This document shows, one piece after another, positions 50,978 through 61,054 of a stretch of DNA of 64,000 bases. A program made the translations under genes and the position numbers. The notes below the pieces were generated by a model. It was not told the origin of the DNA. It was given only the letters and a program-made list of their open reading frames with translations, and did not search any database. Each line of letters begins with the position of its first letter. Within the stretch, counting starts at the first letter, position 1. Source of the DNA: an uncultured Methanolobus sp. (GTDB lineage Archaea; Halobacteriota; Methanosarcinia; Methanosarcinales; Methanosarcinaceae); NCBI GenBank assembly GCA_963675495.1, contig OY776215.1:2592001-2656000 (forward strand), in the 5' to 3' direction.

Positions 50978-52840
50978 ATGGATAATCCAATTGCAGAAGA
51001 ACTTGCCAAGAACCAAAAATCAATAAGTGTCGCTGAGTTCTTTGAAAAGAACAGGCAGATACTGGGTTTTGACTCTGCTCCGCGAAGTTTGATCACAACG
51101 GTCAAGGAAGCAGTGGATAACTCTCTTGATGCGTGTGAAGAGTCAGAGATATTGCCGGATATATTCCTGCACATAGAGCGGTCAGGAAAGGATAACGTAA
51201 TTATTATAGTGGAGGACAATGGTCCGGGGATAGTTAAAGAACAGATTCCCAAGGTATTTGCAAAGCTATTGTATGGTTCAAGATTCCATGCGATCAAACA
51301 GAGTCGTGGCCAGCAAGGTATTGGTATATCGGCTTCTGTGCTATATTCTCAATTGACATCAGGTAATCATACAAGGATCATATCCAAAATAGGTCACGGA
51401 AATCCTGCTCACTATTATGAGCTTATGATAAATACCAGCACAAATGATCCTGAGATACTCAAGGATGATATTGTGGACTGGGATAGGCCACATGGTACAC
51501 GCGTTGAGATGGAAATGGAGGCTTCTTATGTAAAGGGAAGAAGACAATCCATTTATGAATATCTTAAGGCGACTGCGATTGTAAATCCACATGCCCGACT
51601 AACTCTTATAGAGCCTGATGGCAATGAAGTGGTTTTTGAGCGTGCAACCGATAAGCTTCCGCTTCCTGCAAAAGAGATTTTGCCTCATCCTCATGGGATA
51701 GAGCTTGGTACTCTCATGAAAATGCTAAGATATACCGAGAGACAAAAATTGTCTCCTTTCTTGCGTTATTCATTTTCCAAGATAGGGCATCTGGCTTCTG
51801 AAGAGATATGCAAGGCTTCAGGTCTTGATCCTGATACGGACCCTCATGAAATGAGCAGGGAACAGTCTAAGAAGTTGCTTGACGCATTCTCTAAAGTCAA
51901 GATAATGGCCCCTCCAACTGATTGTTTATCTCCGATCGGTGAAGAGCTTATTTACAAGGGACTTGAAAAAGAATTCAGTGTTGATTTCATAGCCACCACG
52001 ACCAGAAGTCCTTCAGTTTATTCAGGAAGCCCGTTCATTGTTGAAGTGGGTATTGCATTTGGTGGTGAATTGCAAAAGGATGATCGTGTGGATATCATGC
52101 GTTTTGCAAACAGGGTCCCTCTTCTGTACCAGCAGGGTGGCTGTGTGATAACGCATGCCATCGAGTCAATTAAATGGAAGCAGTATGGATTGAATCAACC
52201 GGGTGGTGGATTGCCTTCAGGGCCTGTTGTTGTTCTGGTGCACGTTGCTTCAACAAATGTTCCTTTTACTTCCGAATCTAAAGATGCAGTTGCTGATATC
52301 CCTGAAATAAAGGATGAGGTCGAGCTGGCAATAAAGGAAGTTTCAAGGAAAATGAATCGCTATCTTAACAAACGTGATAGTCTCAAAAAGAGACGTGAAA
52401 AAGAAGTAATAATCACAAAAGTCCTTCCAAAAATGGCACAGAAACTGGCTGATACTCTTGATCGTGAGGTTCCTGACATAAATCCTGTTGTTGCAAAGGT
52501 CATGGGTAACCTTCTTGTTGACAGGATTGTTGAATCGAATGGAAATGGGGGAGTTGATGTGTCTATAAGGGTCAAGAATTTTTCCAGCAAAAAGCAGGAT
52601 TTCAAGGTCCATGACATGGCTCCATTTGAAATAGAAAACGCGATTCCTGAGGCTAAGGTCATAAATATGGGTAATGATTTTGATTATATATGGGACCTCA
52701 GTGTTTCTCCGGGTTCTTCTAAGGTTGTAAAGTATTCTGTAGCGAGTCTTGAAGATGCAGAAATATCAAGGATGCCTTCACTTATAGTTGAGGGTCTTGA
52801 CGAAGAGCTTGTTACCGGTGCTAAAGCTATAAAGGGGTGA
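50978..52840 (+). CDS. top6B: DNA topoisomerase VI subunit B
   Basis: [41 protein letters not shown]. Confidence 0.97.
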   Translation: MDNPIAEELAKNQKSISVAEFFEKNRQILGFDSAPRSLITTVKEAVDNSLDACEESEILPDIFLHIERSGKDNVIIIVEDNGPGIVKEQIPKVFAKLLYGSRFHAIKQSRGQQGIGISASVLYSQLTSGNHTRIISKIGHGNPAHYYELMINTSTNDPEILKDDIVDWDRPHGTRVEMEMEASYVKGRRQSIYEYLKATAIVNPHARLTLIEPDGNEVVFERATDKLPLPAKEILPHPHGIELGTLMKMLRYTERQKLSPFLRYSFSKIGHLASEEICKASGLDPDTDPHEMSREQSKKLLDAFSKVKIMAPPTDCLSPIGEELIYKGLEKEFSVDFIATTTRSPSVYSGSPFIVEVGIAFGGELQKDDRVDIMRFANRVPLLYQQGGCVITHAIESIKWKQYGLNQPGGGLPSGPVVVLVHVASTNVPFTSESKDAVADIPEIKDEVELAIKEVSRKMNRYLNKRDSLKKRREKEVIITKVLPKMAQKLADTLDREVPDINPVVAKVMGNLLVDRIVESNGNGGVDVSIRVKNFSSKKQDFKVHDMAPFEIENAIPEAKVINMGNDFDYIWDLSVSPGSSKVVKYSVASLEDAEISRMPSLIVEGLDEELVTGAKAIKG

Positions 52841-52844
52841 GTGA

Positions 52845-53954
52845 ATGGCAAAAGAGATATCCCAACAGAAAAAGGAACATGATGAGATAGCAAGCAACCG
52901 TTTATTGGGTCTTGCAGGGGAATTTTACGATCAGTTCATTGATGAGATTGTCCCGAAAGTCTCGCTTCCCAGTCGTACAAAGGCAAATATCGAGTATAGT
53001 GAGGACAGCGATGTCTGGGTATATGGTGACAGGGAGACGGAGAGAAGTGCAAAAACCGTAAAAGGTGCTTTCCAGTTACTGAAGACATCTCATGTGATTG
53101 ATTTTCTTGTGAATAACCACCTGGGACAGAACAGGGGCTCAACTTTAAGAGAATTATATTATATTTCGGAGAACTGGGATATAGCCAAGTTCCGCGAGCA
53201 GCCTGAAAGTGACAGGCTTATAGAGGATCTCGAGATCATCTCCGGTCTTCAGAGGGAATATTTCCATATGCGTCCTGAGGAAGATGGGGCTACTATGTTC
53301 GGTCCTATCCGTCTGCGTGAGGAAACAAAGCGTGGTGATCGTATCATCCATTGTCAGGAGGACATTGGTGAAAGTGGTTATCAGATTCCTTTCAATGTAG
53401 AGAATATTGAATTCCTGGATACTGATGCGAAATTCATAATTGCCATTGAGACTGGTGGTATGTACGCCAGGCTTATTGAGAACGGTTTTGATGAAAGGAA
53501 TGATGCAATACTTGTTCACCTTAAGGGTCAGCCAGCACGCTCGACCCGGCGTATCATTAAGAGGATGAATGAGGAAATGAATCTGCCTGTAGTGGTGTTC
53601 ACTGACGGTGACCCCTGGTCATATCGTATTTTTGCTTCTGTGGCATACGGTGCTATCAAAAGTGCCCACCTGTCCGAGTACATGGCAACTCCTGGTGCCC
53701 AGTTCATTGGTGTTCAGCCATCAGATATCGTGGAGTATGAACTATCCACGGATAAATTGACGGATAAGGATGTAGCTGCTCTGAGAAGTGAACTCACAGA
53801 TCCAAGGTTTGAAAGTGATTACTGGAAAGAACAGATAAGCCTGCAACTTGATATTAACAAAAAAGCAGAACAGCAAGCTTTCGCAGGAAAAGGTCTTGAC
53901 TTTGTAACGGATAAGTACCTGCCAGAACGTCTGACGGAACTCGGGATACTTTGA
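52845..53954 (+). CDS. top6A: DNA topoisomerase VI subunit A
   Basis: TLRELYY catalytic Tyr, [28 protein letters not shown]. Confidence 0.97.
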   Translation: MAKEISQQKKEHDEIASNRLLGLAGEFYDQFIDEIVPKVSLPSRTKANIEYSEDSDVWVYGDRETERSAKTVKGAFQLLKTSHVIDFLVNNHLGQNRGSTLRELYYISENWDIAKFREQPESDRLIEDLEIISGLQREYFHMRPEEDGATMFGPIRLREETKRGDRIIHCQEDIGESGYQIPFNVENIEFLDTDAKFIIAIETGGMYARLIENGFDERNDAILVHLKGQPARSTRRIIKRMNEEMNLPVVVFTDGDPWSYRIFASVAYGAIKSAHLSEYMATPGAQFIGVQPSDIVEYELSTDKLTDKDVAALRSELTDPRFESDYWKEQISLQLDINKKAEQQAFAGKGLDFVTDKYLPERLTELGIL

Positions 53955-53964
53955 TATCCCGTTT

Positions 53965-54666
53965 CTAGTTTTTTCTGTTCCTCGGTTTGAAATTCCTGCA
54001 TATTGCACTTTGGGATACTTTCATTGCCTTTGTATCTGCATGGTGGCAAATGCCATTTTTTTGGAACTTGCATGACTTACAGGCATATACTTTCAGGTTG
54101 AGATTGTCCTGTATTGCCTTTTCTTTGATCAGGTCTTCTCCACAACCCTTGTGGTACTTGATATCTCCCTTACTGCAATTCAGTGCCTGTGCCAGAAGCG
54201 AGCTCACAGCAGGTGGTTCCCATCGAGTATATGTCTGGTTCACAGCCATTTTTTTTGTAGGTATAAATGCCGTGGCTCTTGTTCCGCCATTCTCTTCGAT
54301 GGACTGGGTTAACTTTTCTATTTGGTCTTTTATCTTGTCATTGTCTGGCTGTTGTTTTAATGCCTTTGCCATAAAATTCAGCGCAGCTTCGTTCCTTCCA
54401 AGTTTCTTAAGGGCCAGACTTTTGTTATACAATGCAGGTACAAATCCTGCCATATTGTATTGGCTAAGGATCTTGTCATAGCATTCAATAGCTTCGTGGA
54501 ACTTCTCTTTTTTGTGAAGGAGCATACCTTTGTTATTCAAAGCAATAGGATTGTTGGGGTCCAATTCCAGTGCAAGGCCAAAATAATGCCTTTTCTTTTC
54601 AGGGTCTTTTTCGCTGAGTCCCTGTTCTATCCATTTATTGGATTCTTCGGAAGTCCTTTTTCTCAT
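53965..54666 (-). CDS. TPR-repeat protein with Cys-rich C-terminal domain
   Basis: ALELDPNNPIALNNKG and further TPR repeats; C-terminal CKSCKF...CHH...CRNF. Confidence 0.8.
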   Translation of the reverse strand: MRKRTSEESNKWIEQGLSEKDPEKKRHYFGLALELDPNNPIALNNKGMLLHKKEKFHEAIECYDKILSQYNMAGFVPALYNKSLALKKLGRNEAALNFMAKALKQQPDNDKIKDQIEKLTQSIEENGGTRATAFIPTKKMAVNQTYTRWEPPAVSSLLAQALNCSKGDIKYHKGCGEDLIKEKAIQDNLNLKVYACKSCKFQKNGICHHADTKAMKVSQSAICRNFKPRNRKN

Positions 54667-55003
54667 TGATTGGGCTATTCTCGGAATTCTATATTACTCT
54701 TCTCGCCAGACATGGCTCATTTGTGTGTTGCCAGGTAATGTTAATTTACACTTTGTCCGAAAAATAGGGCACTTTTCGGTCAAGAATGTTAATATTTGGT
54801 TAACACCATGATTTTTTGGTTAAAAACAGTATTCTTCGGTCAAGCTGAGAAATATGGTGACGCTTGCTCCATATTCTTGACTGCATCTATTAAAAAAATA
54901 GGAACGTATGTGATTTACTGTTGGTTGTAAATCAGATTCAAATTAAAAAAGTGAATTTAATGAACCAATTTGAAGTTGATTCATTTCAGATGCTATTAGC
55001 ATG

Positions 55004-55218
55004 AGGATTGATGGGGAGGTATTAGAGCTTCAGAGAGCACAGACTTTCATTGATGGGGGTGTTTCAAGCAGTGGTTATTGGCTTTGACTCCAAAGGATGC
55101 TAGAGAATTTGGGATTAAGCACAGGAGCACTCTATAGAGGATGAAAGACAGGGCTCTGAGTGATGGGAAGTTCAATTTCAGGACAAAGGAGGTGAGGAAG
55201 TTGGCAAGTGGATTTTGA
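55004..55218 (+). pseudogene. Relic of the C-terminus of a casposon-type family B DNA polymerase
   Basis: Hand translation RIDGEVLELQRAQTFIDG/FKQWLLALTPKDAREFGIKHRSTL*RMKDRALSDGKFNFRTKEVRKLASGF*, one frameshift and an in-frame TAG at 55135; resemblance recalled, not searched. Confidence 0.55.
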
Positions 55219-55333
55219 CACTTGCCTTTTTTAGTATATTTATATTTTTTTCCCCTCATATAACCAATCCTGAATCAGCATGTTGCATTGCAACTTTTGT
55301 ATCATACTTTTCCTAAAATATGTGCAATTCCGA

Positions 55334-55528
55334 TTTGACAGAGAATTATATCATAACAGAAATCTGGTTGAAACGATGTTCTCTATTCTGAAAAAAAATA
55401 TGGTAAAGAAATAAGGGCAAAAAGGTATTGAATCAGCTAAAAGAAGTCAAGTTCAAGCTATTAGTTCATAACCTTGACATACTTGTTAAAGTTATATTTG
55501 CTGTGAATATGAGAATTTTTTCAGAACC
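55334..55528 (+). mobile_element. IS5-family transposase 3' remnant with degenerate right end
   Basis: FDRELYHNRNLVETMFSILK (Y-R-E-K) then, after frameshifts, [10 protein letters not shown] and [16 protein letters not shown]...MRIFSEP. Confidence 0.8.
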
Positions 55529-55715
55529 AAATTTTAAGTATATTTTCAAGGCATATGGTGATGATGATGAGCATCATATTTTTTTGTTATGCAATATGCT
55601 TATATGCAACAAAATTGAAGGAAAAGTAACTATAAACTTCTATTGTGCATTATTTTTTCTTTGATGCATAATATGGGGAATAGTGTGTGAATATGGTATA
55701 AAAGGTGGTATCGAA

Positions 55716-56657
55716 ATGAATTTAAAGCACAATTTACGAAAAATAATACTTTTAACTATAATTCTGATATCTCTCACATCAGTTGCTTGCGCACCGGGAA
55801 TATTGGGGTACAAATATCAGGAACTGGGTGACGGATCTGACTATTTGAATCATGCGCTCGAAGGATGGAATATTTATTTGTACAACAAGGAATTACCTGA
55901 GGGTGTAGCTCCATCTATTGGTGGCGAAGGTTATCTAGCACATAGGGTCACAAATTCAGATGGTTATTTCTCTTTTTGGAGTACCAGTGGTCTTTCATAT
56001 GGCAATACCTATTATGTTTATGAGGAACGCCAATCTGGATGGACACAGCTTACTGGGGGAATCTACCCTGCAGATAGTTACTATATAGTGACTCTTGAGG
56101 ATACGCCCGAAAATCATCGATTCGAGACTGCAAACTTCGTTAACTGGGAAAATGGTGAAGAATGTGGCGATGAAACTGCTTGGGCAGCTCAAGATGAGCC
56201 GGGGGTAAACCGATTTGTTGATAAAGGAAATTGGGGCACCTATGTGCTATACAATAAAGGTGACGGTGAAGAAAATGGACCTATGATCTACCCTCTATAT
56301 GCGGGACAGACACATCTAGCCGGCTATCTTTATGTCTATGATGTAAAAGATACCCTATATGTAAGGTATGTTTCATCTCTTATGGACAGCGATTATATGG
56401 GTGGATACACTGGTGCATGGATTGGAATGACTGAGTATCATCTACAGGTAGTTGACAACTTTGCTGATTTCAGGGCTAATGGATACACAAACAAAAAAGG
56501 TAACCCAAGACCTGGACAGTTTGATTACTCAGAGGAATATGATGAAGCAACCGATGATACTGGCTATATCAAAATCCCTATAGGTGGATATGATGAAGAG
56601 ATTCACATAGCTGCTCATAGTGTCATGTGCTGGTCAGGTTTTCCTAAAACATTGTAA
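55716..56657 (+). CDS. Secreted protein with SdrD-B/CnaB-like domain and uncharacterised C-terminal domain
   Basis: Signal peptide; GYKY...LEGWNIYL...TNSDGYFSF...YYVYEE...GWTQ; C-terminal ETAWA, LYAGQ, GNPRPGQF, IAAH. Confidence 0.75.
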   Translation: MNLKHNLRKIILLTIILISLTSVACAPGILGYKYQELGDGSDYLNHALEGWNIYLYNKELPEGVAPSIGGEGYLAHRVTNSDGYFSFWSTSGLSYGNTYYVYEERQSGWTQLTGGIYPADSYYIVTLEDTPENHRFETANFVNWENGEECGDETAWAAQDEPGVNRFVDKGNWGTYVLYNKGDGEENGPMIYPLYAGQTHLAGYLYVYDVKDTLYVRYVSSLMDSDYMGGYTGAWIGMTEYHLQVVDNFADFRANGYTNKKGNPRPGQFDYSEEYDEATDDTGYIKIPIGGYDEEIHIAAHSVMCWSGFPKTL

Positions 56658-56668
56658 TTGGCATTAGT

Positions 56669-56695
56669 AGTCAGGCATTTATCCTGACTTTTTTT
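56669..56695 (+). terminator. Hairpin plus T-tract terminator
   Basis: AGTCAGG-CATTTAT-CCTGACT followed by a T run. Confidence 0.7.
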
Positions 56696-56831
56696 CTTAT
56701 AATTTGTAAGCTTCAATAATTTATGCAGATCATTTTAGTTGCTTCATTCTCAATTGATTGTTCAGGAGGAATACTCTTCTTTTTCACTTTTTTAAAATTT
56801 GTAATCTAGCAAAAATAATGATTGATTAATT

Positions 56832-56864
56832 ACCGTTGCGTTTTTTGGTTATTACTATTACCCC
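56832..56864. mobile_element. Candidate casposon terminal inverted repeat (single end)
   Basis: ACCGTTGCGTTTTTTGGTTATTACTATTACCCC, ending in a C-run as casposon ends do; similarity to the Methanosarcina mazei TIR is from memory. Confidence 0.45.
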
Positions 56865-57097
56865 AAATGACTCTTCGAGATGTTGTATTCGAACCTGATT
56901 CAAGAATAAATGAAATATATTAATCAAAACTTGACAGGACACATTCGATTCTATTCATTCTGAAAATATGGGGAATCTTATTTTTAATCTGTATCAACTA
57001 ATTAAATGTGTTCTGTGTAATTTTCAATCTAAGTGCTTTTTCGGACAAAGCGGTTAATTTAAAAAAGTTTATATATGAACTGTTCAAACCAAGCAAC

Positions 57098-58183
57098 ATG
57101 TTTTTGAATGAAACTATTCCGCTCTACATCAATAAGTTCGTAAGTTCCCAATCCGGGGTATTGGGGTCGGACATTACGGCGGCCACAATTGTGATAGTGG
57201 CCTCTGTTATCCTTGCTTTTATTGCAGATCTTGTGTTTGAGAAGATTTTCCTGCGTTATGCTGCAAAAACAAGGTATGATTGTGATGATCTGATTGTGAA
57301 AGCATTCAAAAAGCCAATTTTCTACACAGTATCCTTTTTTGGTGTATTCATTGCTGTAGAAATTCTATTTCCGGGAAATCTTGTGATAGAAGTAATAATG
57401 GGCTTACTCCTTACAGTTCTTGGCATCGTATGGATACTGGCTCTTTTGCGTATCAATAGAATCCTTTTCGAACATGTATTTTCAAGTCTTGTCAGGAAAA
57501 CCGATTCTAAGATGGATGATGAGCTGCTCCCGCTCTTTAAGAACATCATTAATGTCCTTATCGTCTTCTTTGGTTTCCTTGCAATACTCAAAGGTGTATG
57601 GGATGCGGACATATTGCCTCTTTTTGCTTCGGCAGGAATTGTAGGTCTGGCTGTTGCCTTTGCAGCACAGGACACAATATCCCAGTTCTTTGGTGGTCTT
57701 TCCATTTACTTTGACCAACCATTCAAGCCAGGGGATAGGATAGAGATCGATGATGGTGAGATAGGTATTGTTCAGGAAGTCGGGCTTCGTAGTACAAGGA
57801 TAAAGAATCTTGAGAACAACATGATAGTGATACCCAACAGCCTGATAGCGAACAGTAAAGTGACTAATTACACTTCACCTGAGGAATTCATGTTGGTAAA
57901 AGTGACAATTGGTGTTGCATATGGTTCTGATGTTCAGAAGGTTAAGGACATTCTTACGGGGATTGCAGAAAGTGTAGATTCTGTTCTTGATGATCCATCT
58001 CCTTATGTCCGATTTGACAATCACGGTGATTTCAGTCTTGATTTTGCCATAGTAATGTGGGTAACTCATCCGGGTGAAAAATTCCCGGTTATCAATGAGG
58101 TAAACACAAAGATCAATGCAGAGTTTGAAAAAGCAGGAATAGATATTCCATTCCCTGTTCGAACTATTATTCATCAACATTGA
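57098..58183 (+). CDS. mscS: MscS small-conductance mechanosensitive channel
   Basis: GLAVAFAAQD, DQPFKPGDRI, VGLRSTRI, IPNS, IGVAYGSD, GIDIPFP. Confidence 0.93.
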   Translation: MFLNETIPLYINKFVSSQSGVLGSDITAATIVIVASVILAFIADLVFEKIFLRYAAKTRYDCDDLIVKAFKKPIFYTVSFFGVFIAVEILFPGNLVIEVIMGLLLTVLGIVWILALLRINRILFEHVFSSLVRKTDSKMDDELLPLFKNIINVLIVFFGFLAILKGVWDADILPLFASAGIVGLAVAFAAQDTISQFFGGLSIYFDQPFKPGDRIEIDDGEIGIVQEVGLRSTRIKNLENNMIVIPNSLIANSKVTNYTSPEEFMLVKVTIGVAYGSDVQKVKDILTGIAESVDSVLDDPSPYVRFDNHGDFSLDFAIVMWVTHPGEKFPVINEVNTKINAEFEKAGIDIPFPVRTIIHQH

Positions 58184-58189
58184 AGTAGC

Positions 58190-58214
58190 TTGCAGGAAAT
58201 TCTCCTGCAATTTT
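58190..58214. terminator. Hairpin between convergent mscS and cutA
   Basis: TTGCAGGA-AATTC-TCCTGCAA inverted repeat then ATTTT. Confidence 0.55.
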
Positions 58215-58250
58215 ATAATTTAGTTGTACCTTGGTTACATGGGGATTAAC

Positions 58251-58568
58251 TTATTCTGTAGCTTCAGCTATCCATTTGAGGTATTCCTTTTCACCACTGA
58301 TCTTCCAGGATATTATTGCTGGTAGTTCATAGCTGTGAATGGTTTTTATGTATTGTATGACAGAATTTACGTTGTTGCTTGTGGTTTTTACAGAAAGTGC
58401 TATTTCTCTTTCTTCCTCTACCGTTCCTTCCCATATATAAACCGAATCAATAGGATGCATATTGACGCAGGCAGCAAGCTTTTGCTCAACAAGGTTGGAG
58501 GCGATTGTTTTTGCTTCTTCTTTGTTTTTTGTTGTTGTATAAACTATGGAAAACATTGTATATCGCAC
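58251..58568 (-). CDS. cutA: Divalent-cation tolerance protein CutA
   Basis: LVEQKLAACVN, SVYIWEG, HSYELPAII. Confidence 0.93.
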   Translation of the reverse strand: MRYTMFSIVYTTTKNKEEAKTIASNLVEQKLAACVNMHPIDSVYIWEGTVEEEREIALSVKTTSNNVNSVIQYIKTIHSYELPAIISWKISGEKEYLKWIAEATE

Positions 58569-58616
58569 CTTGGCTTTTAAAAAATGATTATATATTTTTA
58601 GTTCCTATTTATATTA

Positions 58617-59135
58617 ATGGCAACTAGTAATTCTTCTATTTATCGTGAGGTCCAGAAATTCAATCAATTCTGGATATGGGTACTTGTTCTTTTACCAGCT
58701 GCAATGGCATGGTATGGTGCAATCGAGCAATTGGTCTATGGTCGTCCGTATGGGGACAATCCCACTTCAAATGAGGGGATGTTTGCCATATGGCTTGGCA
58801 TTGGTGTTCTTCTTCCTCTGTTTATAATGTCTATTCGCCTGGTAATTGATGTTAGGAATGACGGCATACACATAAAGTTCTTCCCAATTCATCTTTCATT
58901 CAAACATTACTCCTTTGAAACAATTGCTGCTTATAGTGTTATCACTTACAGGCCAATTCTTGATTATGGGGGATGGGGTATAAGGTATGGCTCGAAAGGT
59001 AAAGCTTATAACATACGTGGCAACAGGGGACTGCTTATTGAATTTAAGGAAGGCAAACATCTGATGCTGGGTTCTCAGGAACCGGAAATTCTTAAAATGG
59101 CTATTGATCAGGGACAAAATAGGAATATGGACTGA
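58617..59135 (+). CDS. DUF6141-like membrane protein
   Basis: YREVQKF, two TM helices, YRPILDYGGWGIRYG, LGSQEPE. Confidence 0.75.
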   Translation: MATSNSSIYREVQKFNQFWIWVLVLLPAAMAWYGAIEQLVYGRPYGDNPTSNEGMFAIWLGIGVLLPLFIMSIRLVIDVRNDGIHIKFFPIHLSFKHYSFETIAAYSVITYRPILDYGGWGIRYGSKGKAYNIRGNRGLLIEFKEGKHLMLGSQEPEILKMAIDQGQNRNMD

Positions 59136-59408
59136 TTTCTTTCATTTTCCTCATTTTCATACAAATTATGATATTTCCTACGTGCCATTGGTTTATTCCT
59201 ACATTTCATGTGTTTATGCTCATACGTGTATGTTCTTTATTTTTGCATTAATCGATGTATGTAATTCTTTTACACAATCTGGGATGAAATAATATGAAAT
59301 GTATTTTTGTATTTGTTTGATATTTCAAGTTTGAAATATACAACAGAACATATTCTTTTTAAGGTATACACACATTTATTTTTTATGGGTGTAGTTACTC
59401 TATATTAT

Positions 59409-59717
59409 ATGGACAATGAGTTGAATGAACTGGAGGATATTGATCTGGAATCTTATACTCCGCCAATTTCAAAAAAAGATATCATTGACATTATTATTGC
59501 TTATGATATCCGATTTATAAGGAATTTTGGATCTGATATGTTCTATGTTGAAATGGTTGATGGGGAGCCTCTTGTGCCCATGCATCCTAGAGGTGCCTAT
59601 CCAGCAGGCATAGAACGATTGTTTGATCTTATGGTCAGGGAAAGGATTAGCATGATAACTTATGTGGATGAGAAATTAATGAAATCCTATTTCCCGGTAA
59701 ACATTAATGATCTCTGA
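59409..59717 (+). CDS. Hypothetical protein
   Basis: Acidic globular-looking ORF from ATG 59409; upstream extension is AT-rich and probably non-coding. Confidence 0.6.
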   Translation: MDNELNELEDIDLESYTPPISKKDIIDIIIAYDIRFIRNFGSDMFYVEMVDGEPLVPMHPRGAYPAGIERLFDLMVRERISMITYVDEKLMKSYFPVNINDL

Positions 59718-59855
59718 TATGTAACTGCCTTGCCAATTGTCACGATTTGGAAAATTATATATATCATTCATATGATTAAGGTCTGCTATCCGGGTTTACG
59801 TTAAAGCCGGCACTTCACAGTTTACATAACTTTTATCATAATCGGGTTGATGTTA

Positions 59856-60569
59856 ATGGTATTTCCTGTTGTATGGGTATATTGGGTATTTAGTCTCACA
59901 ATTGTCACTTATGTATCTGCATTTATCATTAATAGATACAGAGAATATGGTTTTGCTGCATTAGTGGCATTTTATACAATTTACCTTGCGGCTTCTCAGA
60001 TAGTGGCAACCCGTTTAATAGAATTTGATCTTGGATTCTACACTTTCTTTGCCCCTGCCGCAGTGTTTCTTTACCCTTTCCTTTCACAGGCAATTGACAT
60101 GATAAATGAGGTATATGGTAAGAAAAAAGCTCATATTGCCATTATCATTGCTTTTGTAACGCAGGTTTTGCTGGTGACATTTATTGTCATGACCAATAGT
60201 CTTACTCCTGCTCCTTTTTTTGAGTATGAGGCTGCCTGGCAGAGCATATTCACACAGGGGATAAGGATAGTCCTTGCATCATGGGTCTCTTTCCTCGTAT
60301 TCCAGAATCTTGATGCCTATGTGTTTGCATGGATGAAAACACATTATCCAAAGCAGGTATTCTTAAGGAGTGCATCAAGTGATATATTGAGCTTAACACT
60401 TGACAGTTTTATATTTGTGGTACTTGCTTTTTATGGAGTTGCCCCACTTGTTCCTCTTATCATTGGGCAGATAGTGGCTAAGAATCTAATTGGACTACTT
60501 GATACTCCCTGGTTTATGTGGTATAAAAGATATTTGGAAAACAATGCTTACAGTGACGATAATCCATGA
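59856..60569 (+). CDS. Queuosine/archaeosine precursor transporter (YhhQ/VUT family)
   Basis: LYPF...DMINEVYG, RIVLASWVSF...QNLD, LRSASS...DSFIFVVLAFYG, LLDTP. Confidence 0.88.
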   Translation: MVFPVVWVYWVFSLTIVTYVSAFIINRYREYGFAALVAFYTIYLAASQIVATRLIEFDLGFYTFFAPAAVFLYPFLSQAIDMINEVYGKKKAHIAIIIAFVTQVLLVTFIVMTNSLTPAPFFEYEAAWQSIFTQGIRIVLASWVSFLVFQNLDAYVFAWMKTHYPKQVFLRSASSDILSLTLDSFIFVVLAFYGVAPLVPLIIGQIVAKNLIGLLDTPWFMWYKRYLENNAYSDDNP

Positions 60570-60639
60570 TGTGTATTCTTGTGGATCTCGTTAGAAACAA
60601 TTATTTATATGATTGGATTCAATAAAAATAAAGAATGAC

Positions 60640-61050
60640 ATGAATTCATTATATACCTTAAGGGATTGGTTCTATGAGTGCGATAGGTTCTTGTTCCTAG
60701 CAGAGGTTCATTACCATAAGGAAAATGTTATTCCTTCTGAACATAAGTTTACTCATGAACTGACAAGTTCCAGTTTGGAAGCTATGTTGAGCAGTATTAT
60801 GGGTTTGATAAAAGAAGCTGATAGATCTGCAAATTTTGATATATGTATTTATCAGGATGAGATAGCATCTTTGAAAGAAACACTTGATAATATATCATCT
60901 GGCAGATGGAATAACATGGATATTGAATGTGTTTTAAAAGCACAGGAAATAGTCCATGTACTTGCCGATGCTGTAAATGCCGATATTCTTCAAAACAATG
61001 AATCTCGTGGGCATCCTCCCATTTACAATGCATGTAAGATCAAGGAATAA
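60640..61050 (+). CDS. Hypothetical helical protein
   Basis: 137-codon ORF filling the gap between the transporter and the convergent gene; no recognisable motif. Confidence 0.6.
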   Translation: MNSLYTLRDWFYECDRFLFLAEVHYHKENVIPSEHKFTHELTSSSLEAMLSSIMGLIKEADRSANFDICIYQDEIASLKETLDNISSGRWNNMDIECVLKAQEIVHVLADAVNADILQNNESRGHPPIYNACKIKE

Positions 61051-61054
61051 CATC

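Noticed and set aside
54775-54844. 10-bp direct repeat TTCGGTCAAG spaced 60 bp
   Set aside because: Only two copies and no match to the TIR candidate; cannot be assigned as target duplication or operator
55135-55137. In-frame TAG as possible pyrrolysine codon
   Set aside because: Lies in a truncated, frameshifted relic; better explained as a nonsense mutation
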